This document shows, in pieces, positions 25,579 to 36,743 of a stretch of DNA of 64,000 bases. A program made the translations under genes and the position numbers. Every line of letters starts with the position of its first letter. Position 1 is the first letter of the stretch. The stretch lies in contig NC_092673.1 of NCBI RefSeq assembly GCF_964355755.1, positions 29,261,648 to 29,325,647 on the forward strand, written 5' to 3'. Source of the stretch: Antedon mediterranea (Eukaryota; Animalia; Echinodermata). Under the pieces are notes generated by a model. The model saw nothing but the letters and a program-made list of their open reading frames with translations. It did not search any database and was not told where the DNA came from.

Positions 25579-27264
25579 CCCTAGGTATTAGTATAATCAG
25601 TTTGATCATTAAAACATTTCCTTCATGTTGGTACATCCTACTGAATCAGTCCAGGACACATAAAACATAAATTAGGGACTTTACCTAGAATGTAAATCCG
25701 TATTGTATGATTACCTACTCATGACTACTGTGCAGTAAATTAATAAACTAAATTGAATTGAACAGAGATAAAGATATAAAACCAACTAGAATTTAATTCG
25801 TCACTTTGACGAATTATAGGTGATCATTTTTATCATTTTATAGAAATTAATATTTTTTAAACATGCACGTATGTTAACATACGATCGGAAAATGTTCATG
25901 TATGCCATCTTATTATACGCTTATAGTGCTGAGTTGTGCCTATTATATGCCATACATTATGTACAGTATACAGTACTGTATATCTATATACAGTGTAGCA
26001 TTGGTGAAATTACAGACACACATCATGTTCTAATTTTTCGGCACTGATGACATTATCAAAATAAACTTGTAGATAACAATATCGAAAGATAATGAATTGA
26101 GTAATAAAATATAACAATTGGAAGAAAATTTGGCACGTACTGTAGAAGGGCGGTGCGCTCTTTAAAAATTGTATAACTTTTACGAAAGCGATGAAAAAAC
26201 TACTTTTTAACTTTAACTGGCCATATGATGAAGTCACAAAAAAACCAATTAAATCACCCAATGAACCAGGCACCCATGGCCCGGGCAATTTATTAATTAT
26301 TTATTAAGGCAAAAATCAGAGACTTTACATGGAAAAATATTGTATTATAAACAAATTTGGGACGTTTCTGACCATTTTTCTTGTCCATTAATAGACAAAA
26401 TTTTAAAAATTAAATTTTGGCATTACCTTTTTTTTTATGGCAGAGAATATTTTACAAAAATTGAAAGAAGACTTAAGAAAAACACTGAATCAAGACCTTA
26501 CAAATAGTATAAAGAATGAGAAATCCTAAAATTGAAAGTAATAGGAAAAACTTAAGAAACCTCACAAGGAATGGAGTATACAGTACTGTAGTAAAGCAGC
26601 TGAAACAGAGATCCGTAAAAACAGAGAAATAATTGTAAAACTTAAAATAAATTTCATAGAAAAGAAACCAGATGAAATTGTTTATACTGTAAAACTTGAC
26701 CACAAAGAGGTCTTCCAAAATCTCCAGTTTTCATGTTTAGGGAAAGTTGAGTATAGCAATTATATCTCAATGACACTTGTTACTACATGGCAGGTCAAAC
26801 TCTAATTTACTTAACAATATCAAAAGTAAATAGACCTCTAACTGAAAATGAAGCATAAAGTACAGTACCCTGAATGCACTTACAGTAGTTATCAAACAGA
26901 AAGATGTGGTGTTCTGAATATTTATATTAAAGAGGTGCAGTAGACATTTGTATTAAATAATTAAGGCACAGATATTATAATAATCTAATTTATTAATTAG
27001 TTATTGATTCATAATAAAACCATAAATAATAATAAAAATGAATGCATCACAAATGACCAATGGATTTAGAACATAGACGCAGGTTTTTAATGTTACAATA
27101 ACACAGTAACCCTTTCTTTAGAACTCATTCAAACAAACCTACAACAGAGGTGTCTTCTTTACTGCCCATGTGCTATTTATAGAGGTGTACAGTACCACAT
27201 GTTATCTCTTTTCTGTTACAAAATATAGGAGTCTCCTTTGTTTCCTTTCTGCTCCAAGAAGTGT

Positions 27265-27925
27265 AGTGTACCCCTTGATGCCTCTCTGTTCCTACAGTAG
27301 AAGTGTACTACCCCTTTTTTCCTCTCTGCTACTAACTGTAGAAGTGTACAGTACCCCTTATTGCCTCTCTGTTCCTAGAAATGTGCCCCTTGTTGCCTCT
27401 CTGTTCCTAGAAATGTACCCCTTGTTGCTTCTCTGTTCCTAGAAATATACCCCTTGTTGCCTCTCTGTTCCTAGAAATGTATCCCTTGTTGCCTCTCTTT
27501 TCCTAGAAATGTACTCCTTTTTGCCTCTCTGTTCCTAGATGTACAGTACCCCTTGTTGCCTCTTTGTTCCTAGAAATGTACCCCTTATTGCCTCTCTGTT
27601 CCAAGAAATGTACCCCTTGTTGCCTCTCTGTTCCTAGAAATATACCCCTTGTTGCCTCTCTGTTCCTAGAAATGTACCCCTTATTGCCTCTCTGCTACTA
27701 GAAATGTATCCCTTGTTGCCTCTCTTTTCCTAGAAATGTACTCCTGGTTGCCTATCTGTTCCCAGAAATATATACCCCTTGTTGCCTCTCTGTTCCTAGA
27801 TATGTACCCCTTGTTGCCTCTCTGTTCCTAGAAATATACCCCTTGTTGCCTCTCTGTCTCTAGAAATGTACCCCATGTTGCCTCTCTGTTCCCAGAAATG
27901 TACCCCTTATTGCCTCTCTGCTACA
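27265..27925. repeat. 32-bp minisatellite, about 20 copies
   Basis: gaaatgtaccccttgttgcctctctgttccta. Confidence 0.95.
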
Positions 27926-30532
27926 GTACTACAAGTGTGTTTTTTGCCTCTGCCATGATGACATTGTTTAAATGTCAATGTTATACCCTTGTACTGTACC
28001 CAACTTTCTATCTAATTATCAAAATTTGTAGCTTTCCTTGACAAGCAATATAATAATGTCACTGTGTGATTGATATTACAAGCAAATTATTATTTGATCA
28101 CCTCAAATGGGGTTACCATTAATTACCAGTACTACTGTATTGTATCATGTTACAGTACATGTTACAGGTGCCAACCCTTTTGGACACACACATACCAATC
28201 ACAAGGCAAGGTACAGTAGTTTTTCTTATGACTAGAGGTGTATTGTTAAAACTTGAATGGTGAAAATTACTGTACAAACATTAGAATTATTGCGTGTATT
28301 TAAGTCTGTGAATGAGTTCGTACATTCAAGTCTTTGAATAAGTTCATACAGTACATTCAAGACTGTGAATGAGTCATAATAAAGCAATGACCTTCATGAC
28401 AATTCTTTGAAATACATTTAATAAAAAGAAGAGGACACAAGAAAATTACATAGTATTACTTTAAAACTGTAACTTTTGAATCAAGGTCAGCAGAGGTCAT
28501 CCACTGTATACTTCCGTATGTCGGATAAGGAAGAGAATTAGAACCATTAAAACAACTACAATGGGAAATGACATATCCTATTTGAATAGCATAATAAATC
28601 TTTTTTTATTAAAATCTTGTACATAATAAAAGAAAAATAATATAATGTTCTATTTTAATCAAGGAAATAATGACTACTACACACGATAATACAATATTGT
28701 TCTATTATTAGTACAGTAATTAGTAGAGGAAATATTGTGTACACTTTAAGTTTATAAAGCACAATTTGTTTTTAATAATTAACAGAACAGTACAGTACAC
28801 TTAAGTTACATATGGTCATAGTAAATGGTGTATACAGTGTACAGTACAGTAGTATCACAGACCTCAAACGGAAATTTGGGGCATGGTCATATTTTAATCA
28901 GGGAGGCTGTACAGTAAATATATTTGTTTGAAAGAATATTCACATGCTTATTAAAATTATGATTGAACAGCACATTTAGTACAATTTTTTACTTTTTTTT
29001 AAGAAATAACAATTTAGTTAATATTCAGCCTTAATGCAAAGTCATTAATTATTAACAAATATATTACTTTTATTTATATCTGAAGCTTAAATAAAAACAA
29101 ATAATGGTTGGTCAACAACAGCAACATAAATATATATTTTAAAATCTTTAATTGTTTTGTTAAGATAAAAAGGAGAGTACACATAAATTATTATAGTTTC
29201 ATTGCTAATTAGTACAACATTAGTTTAGCAAATGTTTTTAATGATTCATAGGATTTTATTTGAACATGTATTTAAATTTAAATTTCTTTTTATGACTTTA
29301 TATGCGTTCTTTCACTTTCAGTGTGATATGGCAGGCCTATAACTTTAATGTATGAATATTTGTATTACTGCATGCGGATGCGGATGAGTGGAAAATGAAT
29401 ATCTTAGGCCTAGATATTCAAAGTATACAATTGTTGGGTTAGGCAATATAGAAGAGAAACACCTACACGATAAAGAAGTTAATGTTACTACTGTACAAAA
29501 CAATAGACAACCAGCACACCCCTTGTTTGTTTGTTTGTTTGTTTTATCTTTTCACCCAGTATAAAGATAAAACAAACAAACAAACAAACCAACCTCCGTC
29601 TCACCAAATATCCTCTTGTTAACCGTTAACAGCAGTAGTTTAGTTACAGACTTCAATTAGGCTAAGCTATTAATAGTCTTGCCAAAATTGAGTGTATAAC
29701 TATGTTTATTTTACTAATTGTACTTTTTTATGTCTTGTGTGAGTTCTTCTCACGTTTATTTAAATTCTCATTGATGAATATATTACAGTATATACATATA
29801 AGTACATTTGTGACAATTAAAAGTAAGTGTTTAGAGTAGTTAAAATACCGGTATATTTACATAATAAGACGCCAGAATTCAGTATTAACCATATATTTTC
29901 TCATTTAAAATTTTAGATACGCTGTTAATTAAAATGTAGAAATGAAAAATGGCGTTAAAATACTAATTGTACTTATTCAATGTTAATAATTACTGTAGGC
30001 CTAAAGCTTGTTTAATTCTGAGTACTGCACTTAATTAAATGTTTTTAAAAAAAGAGTTTACATTCCATTATATTACCCCAACAATAAATATAGACCTAAC
30101 CAATAATTAATAACAATTTATTTTTTTCTTAAATTAAATATTCATTTTCTTGTTTAGTTTAGTCGTAATCGTATAAATAATATATTGTTTAGTTTAGGGT
30201 ATTGTTTAGCCTAGCCTAAATAACTTCCTAGCCTAGGCCTAGTACTAGTAGGCCTATCTAAAAATATGCACCCATACAGCAGGCTTTTACAAAATTTACC
30301 AGACTGATGAATAAAAAATGCAAATATAAATATTTGACTTTTATCTTAATTTTGCCAAGCCAAGCCGTATGTCTCATCACTAATGATTTGTTCCGGCTAT
30401 CACAACGGTACAAATTAACCTCGGCTAGGCGTTGAGTTTCTCCGACAACATACCAACAAATGGGATAGGCCTGTGTTTAACGACATCAAACATCGCCATT
30501 ACGAACAGTATGATGTTAATTTTTATACCTAC

Positions 30533-30562
30533 CCATAGTTCAGAACCCCATGAAGTTGTCAT
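30533..30562 (-). CDS. FNBP1L: FNBP1/FNBP1L/CIP4 (Toca-1) family F-BAR protein, coding exon 1 (MTTSWGSELW)
   Basis: ATG at 30562-30560; SWGSELW matches the MSWGTELW N-terminus of the family; GTAGGT donor, phase 0. Confidence 0.92.
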
Positions 30563-30699
30563 AGTTCCTGGTTTATTAAAAATACATGAAACTGCTGTAA
30601 AAATGCTAATAAATTTCCAATAAAATATGGAGAGCCTACTCCCTTTTATCAATAATATAGGGCATGTACAGTATATTATCAATTTGCATTGTGGGTTCG

Positions 30700-30810
30700 T
30701 GGTCTCTTTGCAGACGTTATAGACAACCGTTTACTTCCGGATGGAATAAATCCGGTGTGTGGTTAATTGTTCCTTATTTGTAAGCCTATACCTACGACTT
30801 TTCGACGGTA
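30700..30810 (-). promoter_or_regulatory. Probable promoter of the FNBP1L-like gene with an ETS site
   Basis: CCGGAAGT on the minus strand (30733-30740) in a CpG-enriched patch about 170 nt upstream of the ATG. Confidence 0.5.
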
Positions 30811-31551
30811 TTTAAATGTTTTTATTACATTTTATCACATTTTGCAAATTTCAATACGTATTTGTTGATTAATATATTCGAGAATAATTGTACAAGCCTT
30901 TACCAGATTAGAACTATTACTTTGTTATATGCCTATTTATTATTAGAAACTTTAAAAAAAGTTTGGACTCACATATCAAACAAAAATTAGGCCTACCATC
31001 ACCATAAATATTAATTGTTTGATCATTAAAAACTGTTTTTATTGCAATCTAATATCGATTGGATATTACAATAAATACAATATATAAACATTTTAAAAGT
31101 TTAAAACATTCTTTGCAATATAAATAAAAAGATACTAAAGAAATTTTAAACTATTCTTAAATTAATTAATAAATTTGTGAGGAAAAAACACAACTGTTTT
31201 AAAATCAGCCTAGTAAAAGGCATGGCTGCAAACTCTGTCACAATGACTTAAAGTGGTATGTGGGTGAAAAGGATGTAGGAAGGAAACCAGGGACAAGGAG
31301 GATTGAATGACGTTATATATTCCATCGACGTAGACCCGGTAGGCCCTATCTAAGTGCACTATTAAGTGCCTATATTATGTTTAAATAACATTCTATCATA
31401 ATCTTCGGGTTGTCGGCATCTTCACCCGATATCGTTTTCAGTGCATTTTGGTTTCAGTAGGCCTATCAATTTTAACTTTTTTTAATTTTAGTAAAAAAAA
31501 AAGAATAAATAGATAAAATACCATTTCAATTGCCACAATACCACCCATAAA

Positions 31552-31925
31552 TATTTATTTATTATTTATTTTTATTTTATTCATTTCGGCAATAAACATA
31601 AAATAATAATTACAAAAAAAAACAAAAAAAACATAGAAATATATATATATATATATATGAAATACAAGAAACGAAGCCGAGGAGAGACAAAAGCATTAGA
31701 CAAAACGCTGTCACCGGTAAGGTGTGTCTCTCCAACACAAAAATTACAAATAACAAGAATATATTATACTAAAATAACATAGATATATCATTTCATTTAA
31801 AAAGTTAAAAAGTTTTAAAATATAGCTTTAGAGATAATTTAAAATTAATAAATGAACCATTAACAAAAATATCGCGAATATCATTGGGTATGGAATTCCA
31901 AGTTCTAGTGAATCTGGTCACATTG
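31552..31925 (-). mobile_element. CR1/L2-group LINE 3' fragment
   Basis: RFTRTWNSIPNDIRDIFVNGSFINFK ORF2 C-terminal motif, 3' stem GGAGAGACA/TGTCTCTCC, (AAATA)n tail. Confidence 0.65.
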
Positions 31926-32504
31926 TTTAAAAAAAAACTTTTAACCTAAACATAAACCAACATTGAAACAAACTGAAAGCATGCATTACTGCAGTAAACA
32001 AAATGTAGTTACTGCAGTAACTGCAGTAGAATAATTCCGACATGATCCCTAAGTGTGATTGTTTAAACTATTTTATTTTGCGCTTTTTAATCCGATCAAA
32101 GATGATGGTATCTAAACATAGTATATATAACTATTTTTTTGTAGTCGCCTCCATTTTACTTATTCAGGATGGATATACGGTATTATCATACTACATGTAT
32201 AAACATTTAGTACTACAAACACGACTGATTTCAATATGGTACTATATAAAAGAATCATTACAAAATATGATTTACAATTTTTCTTTCGGTAATAAAATAA
32301 AAGTGAAATAGATTGAATCATGGTTTTGGTATTTGCCTCTTATGTATTCAAATATGTTTTATAAAAAAAAATAATATAAATGCATACACATTATGTTGAC
32401 CATATTTTTGAAAATAATATAGCGCTTATTAAATAATATGAAATTATACTTTAAAGATGTATTTTCCCATAAAAACATGAACAATGAAAATTACTAAAAT
32501 CAAA

Positions 32505-32744
32505 CTCAGTCGTCTGAGCGTCGTGTTAACAACACGTATGTCGTGGGTTCGATTCCCACGCTGGTCGGTGGAATAGAGTTAAGGCTATGCGAGCCACTGT
32601 GTTTGGGGTTCACAGATCATACGTCCCCCTTTCCACCACACATCATGAGGCGACAACATCAATGCATCTGGTGATGTGGTGGAAACGACCCCAAAAGGCT
32701 GTGGCAGGGCCTTAGTGCTGAGGCAGGGAGAGCACATCTTTTTT
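32505..32744 (+). ncRNA. 5'-truncated copy of the tRNA-headed structured Pol III-type RNA/SINE
   Basis: Matches 34114-34345 and ends in T6. Confidence 0.5.
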
Positions 32745-34103
32745 GTTTGGCTCTCGCAAACTACTTTGGTAGTTTAAATTTTATGTTTAGCGCCCTCAAT
32801 TTATTTTAACGTAAAAAAAAAGGGAATTAATTCTCTTCGTTACGTGTTTAGAAGAGAATTAATTTTATCTCATCGTAGTTTGGTATGCCGTGCGTTTGTT
32901 ATGCAAATGAGTGTGCACATGTGCTGTGGGAAAGATAGTATTGTTAGTCATTCGCGATCACACACAACACTGTTCAATTTTTATTTTGTTTATATTTTAC
33001 ATTTTACATTAGAATTGTAATTCTATCGTTACACATTATAGTGTACTTTTAAATATCCGTTTCATGCAAGATATTGTATTGTAGGCCTACTAATATGTTG
33101 TGAATAAAAGTTTATGGTAGAATAAATAAATATGTTTTAAGCAGATTGTTTTCTAAATTATAGAAATATTAAAATTAGTAAGTAGGCTTTTGTGTGCTAG
33201 CTCTGTTTGTATTTCATAATTTTGTTTTGTTGAATTACCGTCACGGCCGCGTGCATTGCATGTCTCACACTTGGGAAACAATCACCATTGTAAGGCTGGT
33301 CCTGAAGACTTTTATATTTCGTTTCATAATTTCCGGGGACTAAGCTTTCATTTTCAGCTCTGCCCCAACCATGGTGAGCTTAACTGGAGACTTAATATTT
33401 AATTTCATATTTCAATAAATATTTTTTTCAAAATTGTCTTTGCTCAGTCCAATCATGGTGGGGTAGTGAAGACTCTTATATATCATGTTTCAAAATACTA
33501 TTATAGGTGTCATTTCTGGGGACCTTGTAGCTATTTTAAACAGTTTGGTATGCCGTGCGTTGTTATGCAAATGAGTTTGTGCAGGTGTAATGGGGAAGAT
33601 AGTATTGTTAGTCCTACGCGGTGTACACGCCACAAAACTAAATTTAAAAGTTAAATTTTGATTTTGCTAATCTTTATTAGAAATTCAAATCATGTAAAGA
33701 TACAATCTTCCGGGCGGGAACCTAGAAGCTCCCCTCCTTTAGTTTGCAAAGGTAATCTTGAAAAGAAACCCATGCGGAAAAGAAGCTTACCCGTTGAAAA
33801 GAAGCCCACCGTACCCAAGAGTACTAAAAAATGAGGAACACATGGGCTCTTTTTGGGGTTTTATGGTGTCTATTTAATGGAAAAGTGAATGCTATAAAAA
33901 AAAAAACAAAAAAAAAAACAATATTCATAAAAAAAATATCCGTTGAGGTTCGAACCCCAGCTGATAGCACTCAAAACTGAGCATTACCCGTTGCACCACA
34001 AACTGAAACATGACTGAACAGCTAACAATAGTCTATTTATACGTGTATTAAGTAATTTATCATTACGTCATAAATATCCTATTAACCTTTCTAAAATCAA
34101 AAT

Positions 34104-34176
34104 GATCAGTTAGCTCAGTCGTCTGAGCGTCGTGTTAACAACACGTATGTCGTGGGTTCGATTCCCACGCTGGTCG
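34104..34176 (+). tRNA. tRNA-like cloverleaf (tRNA-Ile-type body, AAC anticodon); pseudo-tRNA or SINE head
   Basis: Acceptor GATCAGT/GCTGGTC, D stem GCTC/GAGC, anticodon loop TTAACAA, T arm GTGGG-TTCGATT-CCCAC; lacks the D-loop GG and has a T-T mismatch in the anticodon stem. Confidence 0.6.
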
Positions 34177-34364
34177 GTGGAATAGAGTTAAGGCTATGCG
34201 AGCCACTGTGTTTGGGGTTCACAGATCATACGTCCCCCTTTCCACCACACATCATGAGGCGACAACATCAATGCATCTGGTGATGTGGTGGAAACGACCC
34301 CAAAAGGCTGTGGCAGGGCCTTAGTGCTGAGGCAGGGAGAGCACATTTACCATCTTTTTTTTTT
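34104..34364 (+). ncRNA. tRNA-headed structured RNA or SINE ending in a T10 Pol III terminator
   Basis: tRNA head plus about 170 nt with nested stems TAAGGCT/GGCCTTA, GCCAC/GTGGC, TTTGGGGT/ACCCCAAA, TTTCCACCACA(CA)TCA/TGATGTGGTGGAAA. Confidence 0.5.
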
Positions 34365-35863
34365 GGCTCTCGCCAACTGCTTTGATTGTATAAATTTTAT
34401 GTTTAGCGCCCTCAATTTATTTTAATGTTAAAAAAGGGAATTCATTCTCTTCGTTACGTGTTTAGAAGAGAATTAATTTTATCTCATCGTAGTTTGGTAT
34501 GCGTTTGTTATGCAAATGAGTGTGCACATGTGCTGTGGGAAAGATGGTATTGTTAGTTATTCGCGATCAACACACAACAATTTCAATTTTTATTTGTTAA
34601 TCTTTTACATTAGAATTGTAATTCTACCGTTACACATTATAGTATCCGTTTCATGCAAGATATTGTATTGTAGGCCTACTAATATGTTGTGAATAAAAGT
34701 TTATGGCAGAATAAATAAATAAATATGATTTAAGCAGATCTTCGAAATTGAAGCATATATGAAGTCGAGATTTTTTAAAACCCAACCTAAAATTCGCATC
34801 TGGATAGTTAAAATTTAACATTATAATTATCAAAGGTGATATGATAAATCTAATTGTTTTCTAAATTATAGAAATATTAAAATTAGTAAGTAGGCTTTTG
34901 TGTGCTAGCTCTGTTTGTATTTCATAATTTTGTTGTTTTGTTGAATTTCCGTCACGGCCGCGTGCATTGCATGTCTCACACTTGGGAAACAATCACCATT
35001 GTAAGGCTGGTCCTGAAGACTTTTATATTTCGTTTCATAATTTCCGGGGACTAAGCTTTCATTCTTAGCTCTGCCCCAACCATGGTGAGCTTAACTGGAG
35101 ACTTAATATTTAATTTCATATTTCAATAAATATTTTTTTCAAAATTGTCTTTGCTCAGCCCCAATCATGGTGGGGTAGTGAAGACTCTTATATATCATGT
35201 TTCAAAATAGTATAGGTGTCATTTCTGGGGACCTTGTAGCTATTTTAAACAGTTTGGTAAGCCCTGCGTTGTTATGCAAATGAGTTTGTGCAGGTGTAAT
35301 GGGGAAGATAGTATTGTTAGTCCTACGCGGTGTACACGCCACAAAATTAAATTTAAAAGTTAAATTTTGATTTTGCTAATCTTTATTAGAAATTCAAATC
35401 ATGTAAAAATACAATTTTCCGGGCGGGAATCCCCTCCTTTAGTTTACAAAAGTAATCTTGAAAAGAACCTCATGTGGAAAAGAAGCTTATCCGTTGTAAA
35501 GAAGCCACCGTACCCAAGAGTACTAAAAAATGAGGAACATTCGGGGGTGTTATGGTGTCTATTTAATGGAAAAATGAATGCCATACACTTTTGTTTATAA
35601 TTTAAGAACCACTTGCCTAAGCCTGACATTTTTAACCCTCCAAATATCTCTCTTTAAAAAAAAAAAAACAATATTCATATAAAAAAAAAATATCCGTAGA
35701 AGTTCGAACCCCAGCTGATACCACTCAAAACTGAGCATTACCCGTGCACCACAAACTGAAACATGACTGAACAGCTGATAATTATCTGTTTATACGTGTA
35801 CGGTGTATTACGTAATTCATCATTACATCATAAATATCCTATTAACCTCGATAAAACCAAAAT

Positions 35864-35936
35864 GATCAGTTAGCTCAGTCGCCTGAGCGTCGTGTTAACA
35901 ACACGTATGTCGTGGGTTCGATTCCCACGCTGGTCG
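35864..35936 (+). tRNA. Second full copy of the tRNA-like cloverleaf (AAC)
   Basis: Near-identical to 34104-34176. Confidence 0.6.
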
Positions 35937-36312
35937 GTGGAATAGAGTTAAAGGTATGCGACCACTGTGTTTGGGGTTCATAGAATTATACGTCCCCCTT
36001 TCCACCACACATCTTGAGAAGGCACTAGCAATGCATCTGGTAATGATGTGGTGGAAACGTGTCAACCACGAATAGCAACCCTGAAGAAATACCATAATTC
36101 AGTAATATGAATGACTTTTAGTTATCGAATGTTGGCTGACTATATTACTTATGAGAGTCAGAGACGTCAGGGTACCGCCGTAGCACTAACCTCACAGGAG
36201 CGGGTGAATTCAAGAATTAGGAGGAGCCGTAAGCTAAATACTGTATGAAGGCAAAAAAGATTGTGAAATCGGAGTGCTACGTAAAATAACAATTAAAATG
36301 AAAATCATGCTT

Positions 36313-36500
36313 GGCTTCTGTTCCATCATAAAAATGACTCCAAATGTATTCTGGCCCCTTCACAGCACAAGCAACGTCAAACACTTTAAATGTCGACACT
36401 TGTCTATTTTGTGGCGATATTTCTTCCACGTTATGTGACAAAGTTGGAATTGTCGGAACCGTTTCATTCCGTTTCAATCTGTATAGTATTGTTGTTTTAC
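36313..36500 (-). pseudogene. Orphan, degenerate ARF/ARL small GTPase exon (GKTTILYRLK..ETVPTIPTLSHNVEEI...FKVFDVAC)
   Basis: tgttttcag acceptor; G1 tail GKTT, switch I PT, NVE present; G3 DVGG changed to DVAC; no canonical donor and no partner exons found. Confidence 0.7.
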
Positions 36501-36558
36501 CTGAAAACAAGTATTAAAACAACTTTATCACACCGTTCAGTTTAATGTTTAGCAGCAT

Positions 36559-36561
<3 letters not shown>

Positions 36562-36650
<89 letters not shown>
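36562..36650. repeat. (CA)n microsatellite
   Basis: About 44 uninterrupted CA units. Confidence 0.98.
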
Positions 36651-36652
<2 letters not shown>

Positions 36653-36743
36653 TATGATAATTTCCATCCTCCAATTAAGGAAAGTCGGATTTTCTCTATA
36701 GAGTACCACGGCAGCCGTGGATAAACGACATCTTCTTCCAGTA

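Larger units (their letters stand above)
32451..36090. repeat. Tandem array of a 1.6-1.76-kb unit (about 2.2 copies)
   Basis: ctcagtcg..gagcgtcgtg recurs at 32505, 34114 and 35874 (periods 1609 and 1760); intervening sequence is colinear and highly similar. Confidence 0.92.

Noticed and set aside
34104-34176. Functional tRNA-Val(AAC) gene
   Set aside because: Body resembles tRNA-Ile, the D-loop GG is lost, the anticodon stem has a mismatch, and no terminator follows directly
34177-34364. Telomerase RNA, RNase P/MRP or hammerhead identity for the tRNA-linked RNA
   Set aside because: No CUAACC-type template, no GAGGAAAGUC P4 motif and no intact CUGAUGA/GAAA core geometry
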